DNA of 63,211 nt, the filler included, from Diploschistes diacapsis (Eukaryota), in assembly GCA_023645945.1 (NCBI GenBank). It is 9 parts of 9 records of this genome, joined end to end, with 100 filler letters (N's around TTAATTAATTAA, not from the genome) between each part and the next. Parts side by side here need not be neighbours in the genome. Positions count along the whole stretch, not along the records: positions 1 to 24,272 come from JALAIB010000244.1; 8 more parts are not named here. One strand, given 5' to 3'. The notes below the pieces were generated by a model. The model saw only the letters and a program-made list of their open reading frames with translations. It ran no database searches and had not been told where the DNA came from. The translations under genes and the position numbers were made by a program. Positions 12,328 to 24,372 of the stretch are shown piece after piece; position 1 is the first letter of the stretch; each line of letters begins with the position of its first letter.

Positions 12328-14648
12328 ATGTCTCTAGTCGCGCTTCCCCCGTCCCAAGATCCAAAGCCACAGCGAGTGCTTGCTTGTATTCTATGTCAGC
12401 AGCGCAAGGTTAAGTGTGACCGCAAGTATCCTTGCGCAAATTGCATCAAGTCCAAGACACAATGTGTACCGGCGACAAAAATTTCGCGCCGGCGAAAACG
12501 CAGGTTTCCCGAGCGAGAGCTGCTAGATCGTCTTCGCAAATACGAGGACCTGCTCCGTCAGAATAATGTCAAATTTGAACCGCTCCATAAGGATTTGGCG
12601 GGCGAGAAGGAGTCTCCCAACGTGAAGGGCAACGATGATTCAGACGATGAGCAGGCAAAAACGGTGGGGGCAGATCGGCCGTCTCCCTCAGCAGCCGTCA
12701 ATGCTGGAAGAACTTATGAGGCCAAGTAGGTGCTTGTCGGGAAGCTACCCAATCTCGACTGATTCTTTAAGGAACATCTGGCATGCCATGAGCCAAGAGG
12801 TACAAGATATTCTCATATGATTTCAGCTATACTTATTAGAGCTGGAAATAGTTCCGGGACCCCGACTATAAGACCGATTCTTCGGAGGATGATATGCGTG
12901 AGGTTGTATTCAAGGCGTGGGATCAATTGTTCGAACATAATGATCATCTTCTATTTGGGTCGCGTAAGACAGCTGTCGACATCTCTACCTTACACCCAGA
13001 ACCGGTCCAGATATTTAGACTTTGGCAGCTTTACCTCGACAATGTCAACCCGCTGCTTATGGTAATACACACGCCTAGCATGCAAGGATGCATCATAGAA
13101 GCCGCTGGTAATGTCCTAAACATTATGCCCTCCTTGGAGGCGCTCATGTTCAGCATCTATTGCATGTCTATTTGCAGTCTCGCCGCGGATGACTGCCAAG
13201 CCATGTTTGGTTCGTCAAAGGCAGATCTTTTGACGAGGTATCAGTTCGGTTGTCAGCAAGCTCTATTGAATTGCGGATTTTTGCGGTGTGACGATCGCGA
13301 CTGCTTGACTGCATTATATCTCTACCTAGTAAGTCTATCCGATGGTTATTTCCATGTTTTTCAATGATTTCAGGTCTCGGTTAGGCCTAGCACGGTCCCC
13401 CAATCTCTGTCCTCCATGCTCGGCGTTGCCATTCGCATTGCGCAACGCCTGGGTATTCACAGCGAATCAGCATTAGCCAAATGCACGGCTCTTGAGGCTG
13501 AAATGCGCCGAAGGCTTTGGTGGTCGCTCATACTGTTTGATACTCGCGTCAGCGAGATGGCCGACTCTAGAACTGCAACGCTAACGCCTACCTGGGACTG
13601 CAAAATTCCTCTTAACGTGAATGATTCTGAATTTCGACCGGAGATGAAGGAGTCCCCACAGGTTCATGGGGAATCCACCGAGGCACTGTTCGCCGTTGTG
13701 CGCAGTGAGTTGGGGGACTTCGTTCGGCACACCATGTTCCATCTTGACTGTACTACTCCAGCTTTGAAGCCCATTGCCAAGGATGTTAAGTACGGTCCTC
13801 TTCCAGAAGAAAGTGAGCTGGTCAAGCTAGAGAAGGTGATCGAGGACAAATATCTCAAATTTTGTGACCCAGAGAACCCAATCCACTTCCTAACGATCTG
13901 GACGGCACGGGCATACCTTGCTAAATACCGCCTTATGGAATACTATACTAGGTATTCTAGCTCGTCCGTGCAGCAGACGGAGGCTCAGCGCGAAGCTGCC
14001 GTTTCGTATGCGCTCAGCATGCTCGAGTGCGATACAAAGATCATGACCTCACCTCTTACCAAAGGATTTCTTTGGCTGGTTCATTTCTACTTCCCATTTC
14101 CCGCATACATTCACATCGTTCAAAACTTGAGACGGCGACCTGTCTGTGACCAAGCTGAACAGGCTTGGAAAGTTATGAGTGACAACTACGAGGTTCGTTT
14201 CGGTTTTCTGCACAAAGATGACAACCCTTTTTTCAAGATCTTCACGAGAATTCTTCTCCAAGCGTGGAATGGCCATGAGGCTACATCCAAGCAATCCGGA
14301 GCGTCGTTACCGACACCTAGGATTGTGTCATCCATTAGACATAAACTGGCACAAATAGCGCAAAATGCACCAACCCCTGACACAGGACAGCCACACGGTG
14401 CTACGGACAGGGGCATCAACAAATTCCCCACATCAACACCGATGAGTTTCGATAGTCACAACCTGCTGTTTAGCACGGGAGCGCAAGACGGTTACGCGGT
14501 AACGGGGCCGGGGCAATACGCTGACATGCCCGATCTAGCTCCACTAGACGTTGATGCCAATCAGTTGGACTGGTCTGCTATGGACTGGGATTTGGTGAAT
14601 GCTCCGGCTGGTGTGGCTGGTGGATCTACAGGCCTGTCGCTGCCTTAG
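12328..14648 (+). CDS. Zn(II)2Cys6 transcription factor with fungal-specific TF (middle homology) domain, AurR2/Bik5-like
   Basis: ACILCQQRKVKCDRKYPCANCIKSKTQC binuclear cluster. Middle-homology motifs LWQLYLDNVNPL and AIRIAQRLGIH...EAEMRRRLWW. Introns 12726-12771, 12800-12851 and 13329-13373 join the ORFs in frame. Confidence 0.92.
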
Positions 14649-15365
14649 TAAATATTCGGACCAGTTGCAAGTCAAGACAGATGGACGTAGGGCTGATGTG
14701 TATAGTTGGATTGATAGAGGCTTGCTTACTTCGTACCCCGTCTTGTTGGTATGTCGCCCTGCAATTTATCTACCATTCTGCGCTCCCGGACATCCCGCTT
14801 TCTCCGACCACCATTAGCAGGTACTGGGCTCTATTCCTGGCCTCATACCAATGTGCTTGAAAAGAGCAAAACACCGACATGACAGCTGGGAACTCTCCAC
14901 AAAAAGACAACTTTCAAACTGAATTCCATCACACTCGAAAAAAACGGAAGAGGCCCCTTCCATGTGGATGAATCAAACCACCTTCCATCCCTTCAAGTTA
15001 TACGCCAGTATGGTTTGGCGGCTATCCTGCGCCATAGCGTCTGCACTATCCCCAACGTGATCGCGACAGGCAAAGTGTCCATGGCATGCTTGTATCTCAG
15101 GTTCCTTATGTTTCCCCCAACGTCCCTTGCTCGTTCCTATACCCTTTTCCTTCGGCTCTGGACTTGGGATTTCCCCTGGACTCTGGCTTCCTCCTTGCTG
15201 AACTCAGCTTATTCAATTCCGTTTCTTATTGCTCTGTTTTTTTAACTTCATTTTTTCCTTCTCTTTTCGTCCCTTTCTTTATCTCGTTTATATATTTATT
15301 CCCAAGGGCGATGGTGAGGACCCGAGAGCGGCGAGGGAGCTCCGAACAAGTGTGGGTGTGTTTCC

Positions 15366-15923
15366 CTATTGAAGCCCGCTATCCCCGCTATAGCGCCGCC
15401 TATGAACCCCCCGCCGATTATCGTGGGGGGACTGGCCCAAGCCCGGTCTGGGCCCCTTTTTCAGATCTTTCCACATCTGGGCGGCGATATCTTTTGTGGC
15501 ATCGAGCAGCGAATTTCTTCCGAATGGTGGTGGTTGTTGTTGACGCGGTGGTGACGGCGAGCGCTCCTGACTGGATGACCCTATCTTGGTCATTTCGGTG
15601 GGAGGCTCAGCTTCCGGAGATTTGGACCCTTTTTCCCTCACTTGCGCACTCGAGTCCTGAAGGCGACCCTTCATAGATTGTGGAGGGCGCGAGTAGTCAG
15701 CGTGGGAAGTGAAATGCCCAGGGTCATTTCTGTGCATGGGTTGCAGTTCAATTGATGGGGGTGGGGAACCTGGTTGTTTTCCTCGTTCCGAACCCGAACG
15801 AGCGAGAAGAGCGGCGTATCGGACGACCAAGTCTTCGTCATCGAAAGCATAGGAACGGGAGACTGATCGGCCAGCGATACCAGAAATAATGAAGAGGTAG
15901 ATACAAAAGAGTTGGTATCTCAT
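15366..15923 (-). CDS. Small secreted effector-like protein (185 aa), unknown function
   Basis: Signal-peptide-like MRYQLFCIYLFIISGIAG, acidic propeptide ending LVVR...LLAR, Pro/Ser/Gln-rich disordered body. CCACG-ATG start context and a TATAAA ~97 nt upstream. Confidence 0.7.
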   Translation of the reverse strand: MRYQLFCIYLFIISGIAGRSVSRSYAFDDEDLVVRYAALLARSGSERGKQPGSPPPSIELQPMHRNDPGHFTSHADYSRPPQSMKGRLQDSSAQVREKGSKSPEAEPPTEMTKIGSSSQERSPSPPRQQQPPPFGRNSLLDATKDIAAQMWKDLKKGPRPGLGQSPHDNRRGVHRRRYSGDSGLQ

Positions 15924-16019
15924 CGTGGGGTTTTGAGGAGATCAAGACACTGTGAGCGGGATGGCTGAGCGTATGGAGTCTAGATTTGCATGGTGTCTTT
16001 GTGCGGGAACACTTAGAGC

Positions 16020-16025
16020 TTTATA
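16020..16025 (-). promoter_or_regulatory. Putative TATA box of the secreted-protein gene
   Basis: TATAAA on the minus strand ~97 nt upstream of the ATG at 15923. Confidence 0.45.
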
Positions 16026-16825
16026 CTAAACAGGCCCTCATAAGGTCAGGCAGGAGATTCATCATGTAATATACAAAACTGTGTGCTAACTTAGAAGCAA
16101 CTAATTCTCAGTGCCCCAACATCCCCTCGATTCTATGAAACAAGCCAGCGGTGGAGCACAACGAAGAGCTGGCGATGGACAGGCAGGTAACGGACTGGGA
16201 TGGCTTGACAGTGAAGAGAGATGTCTGCAGCAGGGTTTCTGGTTGCGAACCTCGATGGAGAATTATGCAAGCGGGCCACTCCTGAAGCCCTGGTGGCTCC
16301 TTCCAGAAGCTTCGGGACCGGTCATCTGTTTAGCCGCGAGGGTGGCTGATTATTCTACAGTTTCTGGCACAACGAAAAAGGGTAAAGCGCTACTGCCCCA
16401 CAGTCTCTCCGTTTCACTGTTCTTGAATAAACCTTTGGCTTTGCGCCTCCGTCACAACTTGGACCATCATCACCGTTTCGGCAAACTTCGATCCCCCACG
16501 GCGACCTGCCGACTACCCTGTCGCTCTCGCGATTGCAAGCATCCAACGCATACCTTGTGCAGCCTCAGCATGACGGCGAGGGCAGAGCGGCCAAGGCTGG
16601 CTGGCCCGACTGGGGACGCTTGGTGGGAGGAGCAGCAACCTGACGCCCTGGCAGAGATGGGAGACGAGGATATAAAGTCCACCCTCTCCCCACCCTATCT
16701 TCGCCGCATCCAAGTGCTCCAAAGCCGGCGTCGAGGCCCTTCATGATCTTTGATCTTCGTCATTACCCTGCCCAGTTCAGACATCTCGCGCCGCCCGCCT
16801 CTCCCCTCTCGCTTCCAAGAACCCA

Positions 16826-17965
16826 ATGGCAAGACAGAAGCGCGACTTCAAGAGCGTCTCGGCCAAGGATGCCCAACACATCCTCCGGTCCAAGCCGGGA
16901 GCCGGCCATAGCGCTGCCAAGAAGATCGCAGAAGTGACTCGGAAGTCCCGGTCCCGGCCATGGCAGCGTGGACGCAGTAAGTCTTTCGCTTCCCCTGCGA
17001 ATCCAGTCCATGTATACTCACTACATATAGGTTTGTGGAAGCTTGCCTTATCCCCGCCGATACCGTCGACGGTGACACCTTGGGCAGTTTGATCGGCGGC
17101 CCGCGCTCCTCGGAATGGCGGGGTCGTTACCGGGGCAAAGTCGACCGGATTTGGGTCGACCTATGCAGCAATGATCCCCTCGCCATCACCTTCTGCCAGA
17201 CGTTTCTGAAGGCATATGTCCGCTTGGGGAGAGTCACTCGCCTCACTCTCGGCCCCGAAGAGGTTGTTGAGGAGCATGCGGTGAAATGTGCCGACAGTCT
17301 CAATTCATTCTGGAGACGCTCATCGCCGAAGCTGATGACTCCATCATGATGCCCCTGCGGAACGCCGACTCGGCCAACAGCAAAAACTTGCTCCTGAAGC
17401 GTCCGATGGGATGATTGGGCGCGAAAGACGAAGGCCCTGTTGCCCAGGTCACTCGAGCAAGCCCCTCATGCCACGGTCGTGTTCTTGACAGCTATCTGGT
17501 ATGCCGTGCAGTGGGATATACGGGGACGGAGCAGCTGAGATGGGGCTTTCGACACAACCCGAATACAAGAAAGTCGTCCCGACTTTGGGAGATATCCGCG
17601 TTATGCTCGAGACACTATGGCTGCGGCCCGACGAGATACCGCTGCCGACATTCCGTCACCGGATTATCATCCACACAGTCATCCTCATGCTCACCTTTGG
17701 GTTTAGACTAGGCATGGTCATGGACGCCAAATATGGCGACTTTGAGCTGGCAATCATACGCGATCTGGAAGAAGCGCACGAGGAAAAGACTTGTCCTCAC
17801 TCCCACTATCCACCGCAACAAGTTGAAGAGGAGCGCATTGAGACATGATCATGGCACAGAGTAAAGACCCGCAACACGCCGCAGACCACCCGTCCCTCCG
17901 AATTTACTCGTTATCACAGGTTCACATTTACGATCACCCTCCTACCATATCCGCTCTTTTGCCTT
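16826..17965 (+). pseudogene. Truncated, frameshifted DUF3435-type tyrosine recombinase (Starship captain relic)
   Basis: Spliced reconstruction: MARQKRDF...AMAAWTQ/FVEACL...WVDLCSNDPLAITFCQTFLKAYV...SFWRRLIAEAD...DIRVMLETLWLRPDEIP..RHRIIIH..ILMLTFGFRLGMVMDAKYGDFELAIIRD...RLVLTPTIHRNK...E/FTFTITLLPYPLFCL. The G.R(P)G....Y.D..L...RD....LV....I...K block is typical of DUF3435 captains. Introns at 16977-17030 and ~17861-17919; several frameshifts; C-terminal half absent. Confidence 0.75.
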
Positions 17966-19310
17966 GATCCTCTTCAACGGAGGGCTATCCTGTAGCGATT
18001 CTGGAGGAGAGGGGTCGAGCTCGAGTCGCCTTTTCTGATGCTGTCGGGCCATGGGCAGCAAGGAGACGTTGAACTGAACCTAGAGGTAATGGGGGCGGAA
18101 AACGAAATATGTTAAGGAAAGAAGGACGCGTCGGGCCGGCTGCAAGTTAAGTCAAGGCTTTCCTTAAAACGCGCCGAGTTTGCAGTGGAAGGCGGTGGAA
18201 TGACCCCTCTTTCCCGGAAGTCGCGATTGTCCGGCGGTCCCGATAGTAGATAGGCTTATCGAGGATTGGAAAGAAGCTTGTTCAGGATGGCCTTCTACGA
18301 AGCTGTTGCTCTTGACTTGGTGTGGTGGTGGCGCAATGCAGGTTAAGATAGAAGGCCGTGTGGTAACAATATCACCCACCCTTTTTTCATCGCGATCTGT
18401 GGTGCAGATGTACAAATTAGTGGTTTATGTATATACGGAGTTCGGTAAAAACAGATTACAGAGTCGAAGGACGATGGGTCGCAGATGATTGACAGCGTCC
18501 CAGCGCGGTCAAAAACGTTAGCACGTCCTACTTCTTTTATGTGGGCAGTCCACTGGACCACTGCGGGGACAGAGTCAACCCGAAGGGATCGTTGGGCGCG
18601 CTAAAGATTCAACCGCGAGACAGATAAAGTTCACCTTGCAACCATTTCTGCTGGAACCTATGGCGTATATATGTAGCAACCGTTCTGTTCTTGTTTCCCC
18701 TTGACTAGGTCGAATATGGATGCTGGGTGGGAGCACACTTGCCATTCATCGTTCATGGCGGTTCTGGTGAGCCAATAGCGGAGAACGGGAGCTGGAATTG
18801 GTCTAGCGGCTGAAATGACTACTACAATTTGAAAATGAGGGCTCACACAAGTTATCAACGATCTGGAATGCGCATTGTTTACATATTTTCCGCCAAAGTA
18901 TGTACTGCACGAACAATGTCATGACGGATTCCAGTCACTGAATTTAAACTCATTCCATGGCTTGCGCCACCGTTGATGAGACAGCAGATTGTCTGCTTTG
19001 GACGAACTTACTAGTAGAAGCACATTGGTACAGGCGCCAAGAAAAAGAGTGATCAACCAACACACCAACATGATTCGACACAGGAGCAAAACTGCACAGC
19101 CGCCGGGGGTGGTAGTACCTGGTACTAGACCGTTTGGAGGTTAATTGACTGCCCCCCCCCCTCTTCTTCCCCCGGCAGTGCAACAACTGGGCACAACTGG
19201 GCGCAACGCTCCTCCACCTCCACGCGGGCGGTTGTACCTTTCCAGCCACTCTGCGTGGTCAAATCCGTCGCTGACTTTTAGTACTGTAGCCCTACAGCTA
19301 AGTTACTATT

Positions 19311-19375
19311 ACCCCCTACCCCTACTTATCTAACCCTACTACCCCTACTACCCCTACTACCCCTACGCCTACGCC
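19311..19375. repeat. (CCCCTACTA)n-like microsatellite upstream of the coiled-coil gene
   Basis: ccctactacccctactacccctactacccctac visible directly. Confidence 0.8.
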
Positions 19376-19490
19376 AAGCAATCACGACCTTTCCTCCAAT
19401 ACCCAGACTAGACACCAACTTTCAATAACTTTCCTCTATTCTTCCACCCCGAGCTTCCTATCGCTACCACCACTGTCCTTTTGCCTTTTG

Positions 19491-19526
19491 TTTTCTGCTT
19501 TCTGCTCTCTGCTTTCTGCTTTCTAC
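19491..19526. repeat. (TTTCTGC)n 7-bp microsatellite
   Basis: About 5 copies of tttctgc/tctctgc. Confidence 0.8.
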
Positions 19527-19794
19527 TCAATGCTCAACTGGTCAAGGGTCTCGAAGACTCAGTCTGGTCTCAGCGCCTCCTGCTCTCATATCCTCTCATG
19601 CCAGCGGATGCGCTAGACTCGAATCTTGCCCAAACAATCCTTTGTCCTCCCTCCTTGTCCAAAACATCCTCGCTTGCATACGAAACTCTCCCACGCTGGC
19701 CGCAGCGGTCACGGTTGCTTCCGTCACCTGTTCTCATGATTCCACCGTTTCCCGCCCTAGCACAATGATCCTCGCCTAGAAGTTCCTTCCTTTC

Positions 19795-22700
19795 ATGGAT
19801 CCTCCACCCAGATCCACCTCCCGATTTCTGCCGGGTCTTGGGTCTGGTGTCACTCCTACAAACTTTTCCCAGCAGAAACAACAACCAGCTGCGCGTAGCA
19901 AACAAGATCAGCTCTCTCAGATCGACGTCCCCCCTTACACGACGTTTCAATCACAGTCCCAACCCTCAGACACCACCAAACAAATAACGCCGCCTGTGAA
20001 ACGCAAACCTTTACCGCCCTCCGCCTCTCCTTCGAAGGCCCGAGTACCTAATGCAGCTGGTGGAGGAGAAGTCATAGCCGTCGGATTCGATCCTTCGGAA
20101 GAATATCAACACATCCTCGACGAAGCTGCTGCCCCTCGCGCGCCTTGGAATCAGCCTCCCCGAAGCAGCTCGCCTCCGCTGGTAGTTCGGAACCTTGACC
20201 AGTAGGTGATTCTTTTGTCTCGATCTCGCCGTCTTCGAGGTCCACTAATTATGTGAATTTAGGTTCCCCCGTGGTCACACTCCTAATGTTCCACAAAGTC
20301 CTGGCTTTACTCCGTTCCACAAGCTCCCCCCTGACCAAGCCAGAGACATTTTACAAACCCTAGACATCGAAAATTACTCCCCCTCCGCACTCCCCCATGC
20401 CAGAAATAGCGATCCTCCTGCGGTATCGCTGGTGACGCCAAGGCCCCCAAGGCCCTCCGGCCATCAGGTACAAAGGTCCGTCACCATGCCGTTACAGAAT
20501 GATGGTCCGCAATTGCAAATGCCTTCCCAGATCAAACCCAATGCCCCCTTCGCGCTACAGAGGCAGAACTCTGCCTCGACCAAGATATCGTCATTCTTCG
20601 GGTGGAAAGGGAACAACAACGGCTACAACGCCGCCTCGTCGCCGATTGCCGAGACGTCGCCAACGACCATCTCGGATCATAGCAGCATCAACGGCTCACC
20701 CAACGGACATCATACGCACACGACATCGGTCTCGAGTTATAACAACAAACCAATGCCTGCTGCCATCGATGTTCCCCGCGCCAATGCTTCCATTGCCGCC
20801 CTGTTCTCGAGCAGCAGCTTTCCTCACGCACCGCCAACGCCAGCCACGTCGGCCCATGTGGAAGAGGTGGAGGAGGAGCTGCGGGAACTGAGCGAGGAAT
20901 TGGCCAACTCGGTTCGGCGAGAGATGGAGCTTGAGGAGCAACTGGAGCGGATGCAAGAGGGAATGAGATCTTCGGACAAAGATAGAAGGACGAGCGACCA
21001 CTTCTCCGATTCCGAAACAAGCTTGGCGAGGGATGCCGATAATGATGGCAGGGCAGACGAGATGCGGAGACTGAAGCGACGGTCGGCGCAAGAAAAGGCA
21101 CAGCTTAAAGTCAATGTGTCGCAGAGGGTGCAGGAAGAGAGGACCAAGCGGAAGGCGCTGGAGGAGCACATCAAGAGCATGGAGGCTCATATGCAGACTG
21201 TAGGACGGTCCCGATCCTCCCGTGCTCGTAGCGTACTGACTCATACAGCTCGAGTTCTCGGCCGGAGAGTCTGATCGGATAGTGGAACTGCAGAACGCTC
21301 TCGAGGATAATCGCAGGCGCCTGGTGGAAGAGAAGAAGCACAAAGAAAATTACGAGGATCTCATTGCAGCCTTGCGTGTGGATCTGGTGCAGCACAAAAA
21401 CGAACGAGACAACCTCAGGGACGAAGTTGTTCCCCAGCTCAGGGCTCGTCTCGAAGGTCTCGAAGCCAATGTGGCAGATGGTCAGCGACTTGACCAGGAA
21501 AACGCCAAGATGCAACAGGAGCTACAAGCACTTCGAACCGGCCGCTTCGAGTCCATCACCGAAGAACCTGCCGCTGTGTCGGCGACCCCCAAAATGGGTC
21601 TTTCTAGATCTGCCTCGCTAATGCGCGGCTCGAATCCTGTCGTATCCCTTTCGCGGTCCAACTCCGTCTCGAACCCCAATAAAAAGGCCGGCGAGCCTCG
21701 CGAGTCCCGTGACGCCCTCGCCGAGCGCGTCAAGGAAGTCGAAGCCCAACGTGACGCCCTGCACCAAGCCCTAAAGTCTCTCCTCGACCGCCAAAAGTTT
21801 CAGTCCCGCGAGTTCGAGAAGCGCTTGATGTTCGTCGAGCAGGAGCGCGATCGTGCCCTCGAGGCTTCGTCGCCACGGCGAAGGGGCTACGAGAAGGAAG
21901 TGACCGATCTGCGCTACGAGATCAACCAGCTGCGGAAACGCGCCGATGACGCTCTGGAGCAGAAGTGGCAATGCGAAAAAGGCCTGGGGGGTCTGAAGAA
22001 GGATCTCGACAGAGCGGAGCAGGAGACTAGTTCGCTCCGTACACTACTCGTAGAGAACGACATCCTCGTGCCGGACCTCTCGAATCTGCCCGCCACAACC
22101 TATGCCACGTCCGCAACCCTCGAGCGCGCCTATGAGGAACTCCGCCAAGCTCAGGCCCTCTCCATCGAGAGGCTGCGGGAGCTCAAGGGCGTTGCCTCCT
22201 CCACAGCCGCCGATGACGCCGAGACCAACGAGACGATGGACGCGCTATTGAAGTCAATGTCCGACGCCGAAGCAGAGCGCGACTTTGCCCAAAAGCAAGC
22301 CGCCTCGTACCGCGCGCGTGCCGAGTCGCTGCAGGACGAAGCGAGCTTCCAGTCCGGTGAAAACGCGAGCTTGGCCAACGAGCTGAAGGCGTCGGCCACC
22401 CGCATGGAGGCTCTGTCGGCGCAGGTCAAGCGGCAGCTGGCAGCCAATTCGGAGCTCCGCGAGCGGCTAGCTGAAGCGGTCGGCAAGGGCGAGCGCGAGC
22501 AGAAGCACTCGGCCACACGCATCAACGGCCTGCAGTCGAAACTGAAAGGACTAGAGGATAGACTGATGAGCGCGCAGCAGCAGTCCGAGGACTCGATGCG
22601 CGTGCACGAGGACGACGTGCGGGTCATCCGCAAGTCTACGTCATCGCAGCTCCAGCGCCTCAAGACGAGGCCCTACGCCGGCGGCATAGTGGCGGATGAT

Positions 22701-23167
22701 AATGCCGCGTCTGTGGGGAAGGCTACCCTGGGCGGATTGAGAGTGCCCCGGTCCCCGCTCATGTCGCCGCGCAGTCCGAGGCTGGACATGACCACGTCGG
22801 GACCTGGCGTGAGCATGAGCGAGGCGATGCGCACGGAGTTTTTGGAGGCGAGGGTCAAGGAGCTCGAGGCGGCGCTGGGCGATGCGGAGAGCGAGATGGG
22901 CGAGGTGGTGCAGAGGATGAACAAGGCGCAGATTGAGGTCGGGGAGTTACAGACCGCGAGGTAAGCATGAAACCTTTTTTTACTTTTTGGATCTGCGATG
23001 TGAAGAGGGATCGTTTGGTGCCTCCTGGCTCTGATGGCAAGATCGGTGCTAACGCGCTTTTGTCGGATTATAGGGACGAAGCCATGCGCCAAACACGCCT
23101 CCTGCAGAACCAGATCCTGGCGGAGAACGAGAAGGTTGGGCGGATGATGGGCGCTCTTCCGCGATGA
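19795..23167 (+). CDS. Conserved Pezizomycotina long coiled-coil protein (Uso1-like annotation class), 4 exons
   Basis: Pro/Ser-rich N-terminus then heptad coiled coils: ELRELSEELANSVRREMELEE, LRKRADDALEQKWQCEKGLGGLKKDLDRAEQET, VKELEAALGDAESEMGEVVQRMNKAQIEVGELQTARDEAMRQTR. Introns 20202-20262, 21200-21248 and 22961-23073 keep the frame. Confidence 0.88.
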
Positions 23168-24272
23168 GAAACGTCCACTGACTCCTTTTATCTACTGTCT
23201 CTTATGGGATGAACCGGGGAACCTGCTCGTTCTAGCGCCATGCTGCGTCAGCATCACCATCATAATCGTCATCATCATAATCATCATAGCTCTGCATCCG
23301 CAACTCTACATACCGCTGCGCGAATAAACCCGCCTACATATACCATGGGATACCCCTTACTCACTCACCCGGTCCAGCTCGGGCGCGTTGCAATCCGTTC
23401 CAAACGTCCAGCGCGCTGCCCCAACATACCAGTTCCGACCTGATGCGACGCAACTCGCAACTCGACGCGACTCAGCACCGCGTTCTCGTTCTCGGCTGCC
23501 GCGCTTCTACTTCTCTCCCAACCTTCCTCTGGAGCACGAACATATCCGAAACATCGGGCTGGGCGGTATTCTCCTTCAGGACTGATTTGGACACTGACGC
23601 TGGACGCTGGGCGCTGGACGCTGAAGGCCTATTCTGAATATACCCGGCACCTCGCCTCGTCGCTTTTGGGGGAGTCGGTTGGTGCGCTGGTTAGTGCGTT
23701 TGATTGGATTGGCTTGGATTGGATATAACAGTGTATCGGGGCAGACCAGTTATCTACCTGGTTACATACATACTTGGGTGGAAAGGAAGGGGAGTCGGTC
23801 GGCTGGACTTGGAGCCCGGAAGCCCTTGGAGGGAGGAGAGGGAGGGAGAAAGAGGTGATGGAATATGATAGAGGATTGGAGAAGAATAGCGAGCTTTTTA
23901 GGATAGGCTGGGATTTTCGAGGCGTGCCTGCCCCGGTTTCAAGAGACGAGCGGGAGGGGGGGGGAAGATGGGGATGCGGCAACCGCACATGGGACGGTTT
24001 GGGACGGTTTGAGGTATGCTCTTTCGGAAATTGCCTGGAGGCAAGGAGGTGGGAATATCCATAGAGCGACTGGGGTTCGTGGAGTCCTGCAAGGGGCGGG
24101 AAGGAAAGAAGATAGGATGCGGAGCAAAGGGAGGGGAAGGGCACACTGTCTGCATGTGTACGAGCATGGGCAGGCAGTCCACTCTATTCCAACGACCATA
24201 CGTAGTTGCAGACCGCCATGTCGATGATAACAAGTGCTGTCTTCTTCCACCCGATATAGTCTACTACCACCC

Positions 24273-24372
24273 NNNNNNNNNNNNNNNNNNNNNNNNNNNN
24301 NNNNNNNNNNNNNNNNTTAATTAATTAANNNNNNNNNNNNNNNNNNNNNNNNNNNNNNNNNNNNNNNNNNNN
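24273..24372. other. Artificial contig linker (44N-TTAATTAATTAA-44N)
   Basis: Six-frame stop linker; the identical 100-nt structure occurs eight times in the window. Confidence 0.98.

Noticed and set aside
19311..19375. Telomere-like repeat
   Set aside because: Only one TAACCC; the rest is CCCCTACTA and it sits internally in a promoter region.
24317..24328. TTAATTAATTAA as a biological motif (for example a piggyBac target or PacI sites)
   Set aside because: It is always centred in exactly 88 Ns, so it is an assembly linker.
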